DNA of 55,514 bases from contig JBNLBN010000003.1 in NCBI GenBank assembly GCA_050303335.1, positions 1 to 55,514 on the forward strand, read 5' to 3'. Positions 17,992-26,677 of the stretch are shown piece by piece (position 1 is the stretch's first letter; every line of letters starts with the position of its first letter). Below the pieces are notes generated by a model that saw nothing but the letters and a program-made list of their open reading frames with translations, did not search any database and was not told the DNA's origin. The translations under genes and the position numbers were made by a program. Origin of the DNA: Candidatus Micrarchaeia archaeon (GTDB taxonomy: Archaea; Micrarchaeota; Micrarchaeia; Anstonellales; Bilamarchaeaceae).

Positions 17992-19202
17992 TGCAACTGG
18001 AGTCTCTCTTCCAGCCTTAAAAGCTGGTTATACTTGCTGGTCCTTTCCCCTCTTGCAGGGGCCCCGGTCTTTATCTGGGCTGCATTGATGCCAACGGAAA
18101 AATCGGCTATGAATGAATCCTCAGTCTCGCCGCTCCTGTGGCTAACTATGATGTTCAACCCGTTCTCGCGGCAGAGCCTGATTGCATCCATTGCCTCAGA
18201 GACAGTCCCGATCTGGTTGATCTTCATCAGGAGGGCGCTCATGGAATCATTGTCTATCGCCTGCTTGATCCTCATGGTATTTGTCACCACCAGGTCGTCT
18301 CCAACGATCTGGACATCGTTCAGTTCCTTGTTGAGCGCTGCGAATGCCTGAAAGGATTCCTCGTGGAACGGATCCTCGATCGATACGATGGGATAGCTTC
18401 CGATGAGATCGACATAATAATCAACAAGATCACTTTCGTTCAGGTTTTTCCCGTCGATACTGTAAGCGCCGTTCTTGAAGAATGATGATGCTGCAGCATC
18501 TATGGCGAAACCGCAGCTGTCATGGTATCCTACCTCCTCTACTGCAGAGGCGATGGCATCGAATGCCTCATATGTGTTCCCGATCGGAGGAGCATATCCT
18601 CCCTCGTCACCTACATTCTTTGCCGAGCGGCCGTATTTCTTAACCAGCTTCTCGCCGAGCGAATGGTAGATTTCGCTTGCCTTCCTGAGCCTCTCCGAGA
18701 AAGTTGGTGCTTCGGGTATTATCATGAATTCCTGGATCGATAGCGAGTTTCCTGCATGCTTTCCTCCGTTGATGATATTGAACATTGCATGGGGTATCTT
18801 GGATCCGCCAAGATGGTCTGAGAGCATCTTCGAATTTGCACCTGCACCTGCCCTAAGGCATGCCATGGAAGTTGCAACAATAGCATTCGCGCCAAGTCCG
18901 CTCTTGTCCTTTGTTCCGTCTAAAGAGATCAGTTTCCTGTCGATTGCTTTCTGGTCTGTAACGTCCATACCGATAAGCGCCTTGGCGATTTTTGTATTGA
19001 CGTTGTTTACTGCCTTCAGGACGCCCTTTCCATGGTATCTTACTCCCCCATCCCTCAATTCAACTGCCTCATGGATCCCTGTGGATGCTCCGCTCGGTGC
19101 TGCTGCGGACCCGAAAGAGTTCTCGCAGTAGACATCAACTTCAACGGTCGGGTTTCCCCTGGAATCCAGAATCTCACGTGCCCAAATCGATTTGATCTCC
19201 AT
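17988..19202 (-). CDS. eno: Enolase
   Basis: WAREILDSRGNPTVEVDV, SGASTGIHEAVELRD, IVGDDL, LLMKINQIGTVSEA and SHRSGETED. Confidence 0.95.
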   Translation of the reverse strand: MEIKSIWAREILDSRGNPTVEVDVYCENSFGSAAAPSGASTGIHEAVELRDGGVRYHGKGVLKAVNNVNTKIAKALIGMDVTDQKAIDRKLISLDGTKDKSGLGANAIVATSMACLRAGAGANSKMLSDHLGGSKIPHAMFNIINGGKHAGNSLSIQEFMIIPEAPTFSERLRKASEIYHSLGEKLVKKYGRSAKNVGDEGGYAPPIGNTYEAFDAIASAVEEVGYHDSCGFAIDAAASSFFKNGAYSIDGKNLNESDLVDYYVDLIGSYPIVSIEDPFHEESFQAFAALNKELNDVQIVGDDLVVTNTMRIKQAIDNDSMSALLMKINQIGTVSEAMDAIRLCRENGLNIIVSHRSGETEDSFIADFSVGINAAQIKTGAPARGERTSKYNQLLRLEERLQLQ

Positions 19203-19254
19203 GTTGCTAAATCACAGGTAGATTTTATTATGATTACGCATGACAATATGACAG

Positions 19255-19443
19255 ATGGAACTCGTTTTCGACAACCGTATGGAACAGGTGGACTTTGAAG
19301 GCCCGGTCACAGACCTTCTGAAAAACAGGAAGATCAGCAGGGAAGAAGTAGTGATAAAGGTGAACGGGAAGCTTGCGCCTGAAACCAGGATCGTGGGAGA
19401 AAAGGACAAGGTAGAAATAATAAAGGTAGTTTTCGGTGGCTGA
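19255..19443 (+). CDS. ThiS/MoaD/TtuB-type ubiquitin-like sulfur carrier ending in Gly-Gly
   Basis: 62 aa, beta-grasp-like. The C-terminus is ...VEIIKVVFGG immediately followed by the stop. Overlaps the start of the downstream PP-loop thiolase gene (GTGGCTGA). Confidence 0.7.
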   Translation: MELVFDNRMEQVDFEGPVTDLLKNRKISREEVVIKVNGKLAPETRIVGEKDKVEIIKVVFGG

Positions 19444-20323
19444 CTGTTGCAGGAATGAATCCGTAGTTTATGTCCCTTATTCGAACAAGCACTACTGTGA
19501 GAAGCATTTCCTTGACATGTTCGACAAGCGGTTCAGGAAAACAATACGGGAGTTCTCATTGCTGAAAAAAGGGGAACGGATTGCTGTCGGATTGTCGGGC
19601 GGAAAGGACAGCTGCGCCCTGCTTCATTCACTGAAAAACATGAGCCTCCCTCTTGAACTTGTGGCAATTACCATTGATGAAGGAATTGATGGCTACAGGA
19701 ACAGGACACTAGAGACTGCGAAAAGAGAATGCAAAAAGCTGGGGATCGAACACAAAGTTTTTTCCTTCAAGAAAGAGAAGGGGAAGACGCTCGATGAGAT
19801 TATGTCTGAGAAAAAAGATGACATCCCCTGCAGCCATTGCGGCGTGATCAGGAGGTATCTGCTGAACAAGGCTGCACGAGAGGTGGATGCAGAAAAACTG
19901 GCGCTCGGACACAACCTTGATGATGTGGCGCAGACAGTGATGATGAACATCATGCGAAACGAACCATCCCGCCTCGCAAGATTCAATACGCCCCTTGTGA
20001 CAAGCAGCAGGTTCGTCCAAAGAATCAGGCCTTTCATCCGGACTCCTGAAAAAGAGATTGCGATATACTGCATGCTGAAGGGTATAGAACTTGACCGTGA
20101 CGACTGCCCATATGCAAGGTTTGCACTGCGTGCCAATGTCCGCTCAATGCTCAATACGATGGAAGAGAAATACCCCGGAACGAAATACAAGGTACTGAAT
20201 TCTTTCCTGGAAATGGAGGATGCTCTGGTCGCCAAGTATTCGAAAAACGCCGCTATCAACCATTGTGTTTCCTGCGGGGAGCCGTGTTCGGCGGATGTCT
20301 GCAAGTTCTGCAAAATTGATTAA
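19436..20323 (+). CDS. tRNA 2-thiolation PP-loop ATPase (TtuA/NcsA/Ctu1 family)
   Basis: PP-loop VGLSGGKDSCALLH, Fe-S ligand pattern PCSHCG...DDCPYA, and N- and C-terminal Cys clusters (CC...CEKH; CVSCGEPCSADVCKFC). GTG start. Confidence 0.85.
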   Translation: MADCCRNESVVYVPYSNKHYCEKHFLDMFDKRFRKTIREFSLLKKGERIAVGLSGGKDSCALLHSLKNMSLPLELVAITIDEGIDGYRNRTLETAKRECKKLGIEHKVFSFKKEKGKTLDEIMSEKKDDIPCSHCGVIRRYLLNKAAREVDAEKLALGHNLDDVAQTVMMNIMRNEPSRLARFNTPLVTSSRFVQRIRPFIRTPEKEIAIYCMLKGIELDRDDCPYARFALRANVRSMLNTMEEKYPGTKYKVLNSFLEMEDALVAKYSKNAAINHCVSCGEPCSADVCKFCKID

Positions 20324-21243
20324 ACCCGGTATTCCAGTTTCTGGAGCAGCATGTGCCGGTTAGCTTCGAAAAGAGGTTCGATATTATCAGCAGTTACAGG
20401 GGCTTCTGGCAGATCCAATAACCGGATAGGGCCTCCGATCCTTCTTGTTTCATCAAGCATGAACCTAAGCTGTTTCAGGTCCCCTAAGATGACGGGCATC
20501 TGCTGCGCACTGTGAGAAAGGAAAGCCATCACACAATCGAACTCGTCCGTCCTGTAGTTTGTCTTGAACATTACCCAGAAAGCGCACATGGCACCGAGTA
20601 TGGAGAGGGCTTCGTGGTTCTCAGTTTGTCTTGGATTCATGCTGATGCCATCAATATCAAAAAAGACTATTTTTCCGTCATGTACATGATAATTTGCCTC
20701 CGGATGGTCGATTATTATTCCTGCCCTTGATATTTTCTCGATCGCATCAGCTAATCCAGGAGTCACAATACGCTCAAATTGGATTGCCCGGATCTTGATC
20801 GGGTATCCATCAGCATGCTCGTAGAATTTTTTGCGGTCACGGGTTTTCCTTTCGATTGTGCCTGTACTGTCCGGAACATAATCAGAATAGCTTGAGTAAA
20901 CGAACCTTGGATGGGTACAGTGGGCCCTGAATTCATGGAACCTTGGGAAGTTTTCCGGAAACAATACCCTTGCATACCCATGGGCAAGGAACTTCATTAC
21001 GTGGTGCCCTGGTTCGATCGAGTTGAAGATGCCGTCATCGATATTCCCCCATTGGCTTTTCAGGGTAAATCGCTTCACATCATAGATTGAGAAATCGGCA
21101 AGATTCACGTGCGAGATCCTCTCGACAAGGCCTTCCATTCTGCCGGAAGAGAGCCTGGTCACCTTAGCCTCGTCCCCCCTGCATATGAGGGATCTCCTTC
21201 CCGGCTCTGGCTTTCCCATAATAATCTTCATCAGGTTAATCAT
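20320..21243 (-). CDS. Hypothetical protein (possible atypical kinase-like fold)
   Basis: IIDHPEANYHVHDGKIVFFDIDG resembles a catalytic-loop (HxxxxN) plus DxD metal-loop arrangement. This is a weak, by-eye call only. Confidence 0.45.
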   Translation of the reverse strand: MINLMKIIMGKPEPGRRSLICRGDEAKVTRLSSGRMEGLVERISHVNLADFSIYDVKRFTLKSQWGNIDDGIFNSIEPGHHVMKFLAHGYARVLFPENFPRFHEFRAHCTHPRFVYSSYSDYVPDSTGTIERKTRDRKKFYEHADGYPIKIRAIQFERIVTPGLADAIEKISRAGIIIDHPEANYHVHDGKIVFFDIDGISMNPRQTENHEALSILGAMCAFWVMFKTNYRTDEFDCVMAFLSHSAQQMPVILGDLKQLRFMLDETRRIGGPIRLLDLPEAPVTADNIEPLFEANRHMLLQKLEYRV

Positions 21244-21317
21244 TTCCGAAAAAGTTATTATAAATAGTATTGTATGGAGGGAATTGCTATAAAAAAATAT
21301 GCAGAGTATCTCCCTTA

Positions 21318-22070
21318 ATGGAAATCGTCTTTTTGGGAACCGGAGGCGGCAGGATCAACCTTGTAAAGCAGATTCGCGCAACAGGAGGATTCAGGATAAA
21401 TACATCATCCGGAAATATCCATGTGGATCCGGGACCCGGAGCGCTACTCAACTGCCACAAGGCGAGGGAGGATCCCCTCAAAACCGAATGCATCGTCGTA
21501 ACCCATAACCATACCGACCATGTTACCGATGCAAGGGTCATGATAGAGGCGATGACGAACTATGCTCTCAAGAAGGGAGGGATACTCATTGCGAGTTCCA
21601 ACACCCTGAAGGAGGGGATTGGGGAATTCCATCTCGGACTTGTAGAGACCCTGCATGAGGCGAAATGGGGGGAGAAAATGGAATTCACGACCAAGCAAGG
21701 ATCGCTGAAATTCGAATTCCTCAAGCTCGTCCATGGTGAAGAGAGCATCTTCGGTTTCAAATTATACGGAGAAAAGACGGTAGGATACATTTCCGATACA
21801 GAATATTTCGACGGGCTTGGCAGGGAGTTTTCAGGATGCGACCTTCTTATAGTGAACTGCATGAAGCCGGAAAAGGATGCATACGACGGCCACCTGACAG
21901 TTCCGGGAGTAATAAGCGTGCTCAAGGATGCAAAACCGGGCCAGGCGATATTGACTCATCTTGGCATGAAGATGCAACGGGGCGGGCCAAACAACTATGC
22001 AAAGCAGATCGAAGAGGAGACTGGAATAAAGACAACTCCCGCTAAAGATTTTATGAGAATAAGGCTTTAA
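21318..22070 (+). CDS. Metallo-beta-lactamase-fold hydrolase
   Basis: MEIVFLGTGGG, VVTHNHTDHVTD (HxHxDH), and later H and D ligands (KLVHGEE, ISDTEY, LTHLG). The start was moved to ATG 21318. Confidence 0.8.
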   Translation: MEIVFLGTGGGRINLVKQIRATGGFRINTSSGNIHVDPGPGALLNCHKAREDPLKTECIVVTHNHTDHVTDARVMIEAMTNYALKKGGILIASSNTLKEGIGEFHLGLVETLHEAKWGEKMEFTTKQGSLKFEFLKLVHGEESIFGFKLYGEKTVGYISDTEYFDGLGREFSGCDLLIVNCMKPEKDAYDGHLTVPGVISVLKDAKPGQAILTHLGMKMQRGGPNNYAKQIEEETGIKTTPAKDFMRIRL

Positions 22071-22163
22071 GGATATAAATCACTTATTTACATCAATAAC
22101 AATATATAATTGTTATATTTTATGTAAAATAATAAAAATACTTTGCATCATCAGAATTAAACC

Positions 22164-22571
22164 ATGACATCCAGAAAACGCCATATCAGAGAATTTCCCG
22201 ACGCAACGGATGATCAGCCTTATTCCATGAAGGTAAGGATGCCAAGCTCGCTTAAATGCCAGAGGGCAAATGCCACCAGAAAGAGGACATTCGAGCTTGA
22301 CAGGGAGCTGGAGGAATTGCGCAGATCCGGCACCACTTTCCTTGTTGAAAAGAGCGATTTCGATTTTGTAGGAGACATAGCAACAGGCCGGATAAAGCTG
22401 GATTCCCTTACGAGGGAAAGGCTTGAGAGGATATTTGTAAGCACGATTGGGATGGATCTTCAGGGAGTCCATCCGGATGCCGTAATCAGACATACAATCA
22501 TTCTTCAGGATTGCCTCAGGGTCCGCAGAGATCTGTTCGGGAATCCTCTTGATGAAAAATTGATCAAATAG
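22164..22571 (+). CDS. Hypothetical basic protein (135 aa)
   Basis: Plausible charged/helical composition and same strand as the downstream genes. The competing antisense ORF 22113..22622 has shadow-like composition. Confidence 0.45.
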   Translation: MTSRKRHIREFPDATDDQPYSMKVRMPSSLKCQRANATRKRTFELDRELEELRRSGTTFLVEKSDFDFVGDIATGRIKLDSLTRERLERIFVSTIGMDLQGVHPDAVIRHTIILQDCLRVRRDLFGNPLDEKLIK

Positions 22572-22602
22572 CAGGAATATAAAGCATCCCTGCACATATC
22601 GA

Positions 22603-24042
22603 ATGGGGGATGATATGAACAAATTGAGAATGGCTTTGGCACTTGGTGGAAGTGCTGCACTGGTTTATGGTGCATTCAGATTGATCGAACCGCTAATTGA
22701 AGGACCAAAACTGAAATTTCCAGATGTCAAAGAGATGGATGGAACATATATCTGTAAAGGTACTGTGGACTCTGAAAAAATTGCACCCAGAAAGGTGGAG
22801 ATCCAACGAAGAGGGTTGAAACGTTTTAATATCAAGTCAAGAGTTAAGGACCAGGGATTTGAGACTTACGTAAAAGATATGGAATTCGATGGAGATTCAT
22901 TCTCATATTCCGGAGACATGCAAGTCACGTTTTATAGGAATGGAGAGGATAAAGGAAGCTGTTTTTGGAACGTAACCGCCAGAGGAGAGTATTATGGTAA
23001 TAAAATCGAATTTTCAGAACATCGGACTGCCCTAGCAACCAGAGATGTATGCAAAGCAATAATGAAAGACCACAGTGCAAAAATCTCTTGTCAAAAGATC
23101 TCGGAATCAAAATGTAGACAGGACTATCACAGAGCAGTATTCATAAGACCCTGTAATGGAGATTTCTATTCTGATAAATCGTTTGAGGTAGTACTTGGAA
23201 AAAAATCTGTTGAATCTGTATGCCAGGATTTAAGGGAAAACTGTATTTCAGACATATTCATAGGTATGAAAGTCGACCATCCTGCAGCCAATTGTGGGAT
23301 AGTAGGAACCCCTAATCCAAAGCCTGCAATTGAAAACATCATTAAAGAATGCAATGACATGAACATTCATGCGTGGGTACCTGTTTTTTATGATCCATAT
23401 TTGATCAGCACCGTTGGAGAATCAATAGCTTTGCAAAAAAATGATGGAACGAGACATAGTGAGTTTTTAGATCCTGAAAATCAATTAGTTATTGAAAAAA
23501 AGATGGCCGAGATTAGACTTATAATCGATAATTACGAGGTAGATGGGTTGAATTTGGATTACATAAGATATTCTGAAGAAGAGGGGTATTCTCCAAACCC
23601 GGAAGCGATAGAAAATTTCGTTAAAAAAGTTAAAGCAAATTCAAGAGGTTTGATAGTTTCAGCAGATGTGATGGCTAATCCTGGCATGAGAAACAAGGTG
23701 GGCCAACAGGGCGTTCCGAGATTAGTAGACGTAATTATGCCTATGAGTTACAGCTGGTTTCATACAATATCGACCGGGATAGATCAAAAAGAGATTGCAG
23801 AATTGGTTGAGGATTCTGAACTACGAGCAAATATCGCTCTATTGGCTTCTGAAAATGTCGGCAAGCCGATAATTCCGATTTTGAGGGGCTGGAACATAGA
23901 TAATAGAAGCATCCAGGAGGACATTTCCCATGAAGTAATTGTAGTCAAAGGATTAGGAGTAGAGGGATATGGGATCTTCACATATGAAAAATTATTAATA
24001 GATGGTCATGAAGATAGCATAGGGAGGTTTGAGTTTAAATGA
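22603..24042 (+). CDS. N-terminally anchored protein with a C-terminal GHL10-type (COG1649/YngK-like) glycoside-hydrolase-like TIM barrel
   Basis: N-terminal TM segment LRMALALGGSAALVYGAFRLI, a Cys-containing middle domain, then FLDPENQLVIEKKMAEIRLIIDNYEVDGLNLDYIRY, the hallmark segment of family-10-like hydrolases. Confidence 0.65.
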   Translation: MGDDMNKLRMALALGGSAALVYGAFRLIEPLIEGPKLKFPDVKEMDGTYICKGTVDSEKIAPRKVEIQRRGLKRFNIKSRVKDQGFETYVKDMEFDGDSFSYSGDMQVTFYRNGEDKGSCFWNVTARGEYYGNKIEFSEHRTALATRDVCKAIMKDHSAKISCQKISESKCRQDYHRAVFIRPCNGDFYSDKSFEVVLGKKSVESVCQDLRENCISDIFIGMKVDHPAANCGIVGTPNPKPAIENIIKECNDMNIHAWVPVFYDPYLISTVGESIALQKNDGTRHSEFLDPENQLVIEKKMAEIRLIIDNYEVDGLNLDYIRYSEEEGYSPNPEAIENFVKKVKANSRGLIVSADVMANPGMRNKVGQQGVPRLVDVIMPMSYSWFHTISTGIDQKEIAELVEDSELRANIALLASENVGKPIIPILRGWNIDNRSIQEDISHEVIVVKGLGVEGYGIFTYEKLLIDGHEDSIGRFEFK

Positions 24043-24788
24043 GATACTTGCTCATTGCGATCATAATGCTTGCTGGATGTGTATCGGATAATCATAATTT
24101 TGAAAAAGCCAATGATTGGCTGACAGAAGAATTCAGGGCACCGGGTCAGCCGTCGTGCAATGAGTTTGACAGCTTTGAAAAGTCAGGGCATATATGTGAT
24201 AACATAACCTGGGAAAAGAACAATTTCTCATTAACATTAGTGGATTCATATCTTTATGGCAAAGCATGGCAAGAAAAATCACTCTACATAGAGATCAGAG
24301 GGGGAAATGCATCAGGATTGCTAAAAAATGATGGTGCTGAAAAGGCGTATAATATTGCATGTGAAGATAAGGCGGGGATAGTTATTACCCGAAACGACAC
24401 CAAAATCTTCCTATTTGACAATTTGACATATGTTGGAGAGTCATTTGATAATGTTCCGTGTATCTCCGAAGATCTGGATCTATTGATCCTAGCCGGAGTA
24501 TTCCGGGATTGCACGGGTTCCGGGTGCTATTATGAGAAAATGGAATCCTGCAGGGCTCTTGTAGATGATGATTTATGTTTCTTCGAGATTGCCCAAAAAA
24601 CACTAGACAATCCATTGCGTGCATACGACATATGCCACATGATGGACAACAAAAACAGCAAGAAATGGATTTGTATGAGGAACGTGGCTGAGAAAGTCGA
24701 CCCGGAACTTCTTAAGGAAAGATGCTTTGGTCTTTCAGGGTATGTGCAGGAGTGTTTGGATTCGATCAACGTTAGTGATAGAGGATAA
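24039..24788 (+). CDS. Cys-rich putative lipoprotein
   Basis: MRYLLIAIIMLAGC has a lipobox-like LAGC. About 15 Cys are spread through the mature part. ATGA overlap with the upstream gene. Confidence 0.6.
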   Translation: MRYLLIAIIMLAGCVSDNHNFEKANDWLTEEFRAPGQPSCNEFDSFEKSGHICDNITWEKNNFSLTLVDSYLYGKAWQEKSLYIEIRGGNASGLLKNDGAEKAYNIACEDKAGIVITRNDTKIFLFDNLTYVGESFDNVPCISEDLDLLILAGVFRDCTGSGCYYEKMESCRALVDDDLCFFEIAQKTLDNPLRAYDICHMMDNKNSKKWICMRNVAEKVDPELLKERCFGLSGYVQECLDSINVSDRG

Positions 24789-24792
24789 CAGC

Positions 24793-24867
24793 AATTTATG
24801 TAAAATTCCCAAAAAATAAAGATTAAGAGGTAGAAATCATCCAAGATAGTGGGAAATTTATGTAAAA
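24793..24867 (+). repeat. Two copies of AATTTATGTAAAA (24793-24805 and 24855-24867) in the 174-nt spacer upstream of 24963
   Basis: Exact 13-nt direct repeat, 62 nt apart. A related TTTATGTAAAA occurs at 22119-22129, upstream of the first gene of the AT-rich block. Confidence 0.6.
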
Positions 24868-24902
24868 ATTGATAAAAGTAATATATTATGGTTTTTTATG
24901 AT

Positions 24903-24934
24903 TTTTGCTTCTCTTTTTAAACATTTTGCTTCTC
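24903..24934 (+). repeat. Two copies of TTTTGCTTCTC (24903-24913 and 24924-24934)
   Basis: Exact 11-nt direct repeat, 21 nt start to start, 30-60 nt upstream of ATG 24963. Confidence 0.6.
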
Positions 24935-24962
24935 ATATAATATGTGAGGGGAGGGGTTAATT

Positions 24963-25625
24963 ATGAGGAATATCACAAAACCGGAAACACCGGAAGTTAA
25001 TAGGAGAAGTTTCTTAAAAGTTGCAGGACGGGGACTGGTAGCAGGACTTGCATTTTATACGGCATCAAACATTCTAGGTCCAAGCATCGCTAATTCACAG
25101 GGTCCGGAAACGAGGAATGTCGCAGGACACGAATTGAGGGTTGTGGAACTGAGCGAATCTCTCGAGAAAGTCGAGGAGAAGAGCGAGCACTATCCGAAAA
25201 CAGAAAACACAGTCAAAAAAGATGGAAAGGATGTCTACTTAAACGCTAGAACCGTTCCAGAAAAAGTAAGTTTCACTGTAGGTTTGGGAGAGAGCATGAA
25301 GGCCTTTTCGTTTAGACTTTATGAAACTGGTAAAGTTGGAGAGACTAGCATAGAAAACTTTGTAAGGATTGTAAAGGAGGACACAGGAAAGGACATAACA
25401 AAGGTAAAAATATTGATCGAAAAGGGGTCTTACGAGGAAGGTGGAAAAAGCCACGAATTCATCAATGCATATGTTCTTCCTGTGAATGAAGAGGGAAATC
25501 CTATAACTCATAGAGGAGAGGGTGAATACCTCATATACGGCGCAACACAAATGGGTGAAAAAGTGTTTGCAAAAGAATATGTCATGAAAGACCCGGACCA
25601 CAAGATAGTGGTTGCAAGCAGATAA
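24963..25625 (+). CDS. Exported hypothetical protein with a twin-arginine signal
   Basis: NRRSFLKVAGRGLVAGLAFYTASNILG fits the Tat consensus (S/T-R-R-x-F-L-K). A strong GAGGGGAGGGG purine tract lies just upstream of the ATG. Confidence 0.6.
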   Translation: MRNITKPETPEVNRRSFLKVAGRGLVAGLAFYTASNILGPSIANSQGPETRNVAGHELRVVELSESLEKVEEKSEHYPKTENTVKKDGKDVYLNARTVPEKVSFTVGLGESMKAFSFRLYETGKVGETSIENFVRIVKEDTGKDITKVKILIEKGSYEEGGKSHEFINAYVLPVNEEGNPITHRGEGEYLIYGATQMGEKVFAKEYVMKDPDHKIVVASR

Positions 25626-25632
25626 TTCCATT

Positions 25633-25647
25633 TTTTATATCTTTTTA
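25633..25647 (+). promoter_or_regulatory. TTTTATATCTTTTTA promoter-like (TATA) element upstream of ATG 25662
   Basis: A 15-mer identical to 26638..26652 lies 15 nt upstream of the start codon. Confidence 0.45.
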
Positions 25648-25661
25648 TCTAATTTCTTAAT

Positions 25662-26633
25662 ATGTCAGGAACACGACCAATGGGCATGGAAGATGGGGAA
25701 ATAGCTACTTCTGAGACTTCACAACTTGACCAAATGAGGGTAAATGAGACCGTTACTCAACATCTTCAACAGAGGTTCCCACCACCAGAAATTCCGCAGA
25801 ATGTACCAATTAATGAAAGAGACATAGCACAGCAAGAGGTAAACAGACACAATGCAACACTGGGAGAGATGTCAACAGCTGTAGTAAATCGAGATGAGCA
25901 GGCATTCTCCGAAGGTGCTAGGACACTTGATCCGGAAGTCAATGCAAGGCAAGAATACGAGCAGGCCTTAAGAGTAGCTAACCAAGGATATGCAGCTCAG
26001 GGAAATGATGCAGTTTTGAGGGGGGATACTGAGGCCCAAAGAAGAGCAATAGAAGGTGGAAAAGAGACTAGGGAGGAGATCGTCAGAATAACTCCGGAAG
26101 AGGAACAGTCAGCAGTTTCGGAGGAACTTGACAAGGGGTTTCTTGAAATAATGGGAAGAGATGCTTCTGATCAACAGAGGGAAGACATGCTTAGAATGGC
26201 AGCAGGCATCGGATTCTCCGCTGCAGCCATTATGACATTGGAAAGCCAATGGAAGCTGGGCGAAGATGAAAACGAAGCCCAGAGATCAAGGTTCAAGGGA
26301 GATTTCAACCCGAACGAACAGGTCGCAAGATCCAAATTCCATGAAGCGCTGAGAGAAAGCATCAGGAGGCAGGCACAGGATCTAGATTCACAGATAAACT
26401 GGTCAAAACCCCAACCAAGAGTAGATGATTCACTACAGGAGACACAGGAATACCAGGAGATGAGGGCACAACATGGAAGGGAGATTGTTGACAGATATGC
26501 AAACAGCGACCAGCCCACTACAGAAGCAAGAATTGATGATGCATTAGAGCAATACTACGCATCCAGAAGAATGGTAGGCCCGCCACCAGACACTAATGGT
26601 TTGAGAATGAGACCAGTCGGTCCAACTATATAA
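25662..26633 (+). CDS. Hypothetical Gln/Glu/Arg-rich protein
   Basis: 323-aa clean ORF with no TM or signal. Helical, polar composition. Confidence 0.5.
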   Translation: MSGTRPMGMEDGEIATSETSQLDQMRVNETVTQHLQQRFPPPEIPQNVPINERDIAQQEVNRHNATLGEMSTAVVNRDEQAFSEGARTLDPEVNARQEYEQALRVANQGYAAQGNDAVLRGDTEAQRRAIEGGKETREEIVRITPEEEQSAVSEELDKGFLEIMGRDASDQQREDMLRMAAGIGFSAAAIMTLESQWKLGEDENEAQRSRFKGDFNPNEQVARSKFHEALRESIRRQAQDLDSQINWSKPQPRVDDSLQETQEYQEMRAQHGREIVDRYANSDQPTTEARIDDALEQYYASRRMVGPPPDTNGLRMRPVGPTI

Positions 26634-26637
26634 CACA

Positions 26638-26652
26638 TTTTATATCTTTTTA
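26638..26652 (+). promoter_or_regulatory. TTTTATATCTTTTTA promoter-like (TATA) element upstream of ATG 26678
   Basis: Identical 15-mer, also preceded by CA, about 26 nt upstream of the start codon. Confidence 0.45.
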
Positions 26653-26677
26653 AAACTTTTTTAGCTAATTATATCTC

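Noticed and set aside
22113-22622. 169-aa minus-strand ORF competing with 22164..22571(+)
   Set aside because: Its composition (many Cys/Phe/Ile/Pro, no charged helices) looks non-coding, and it would oppose the co-oriented downstream genes. I kept the plus-strand ORF, but only at low confidence.
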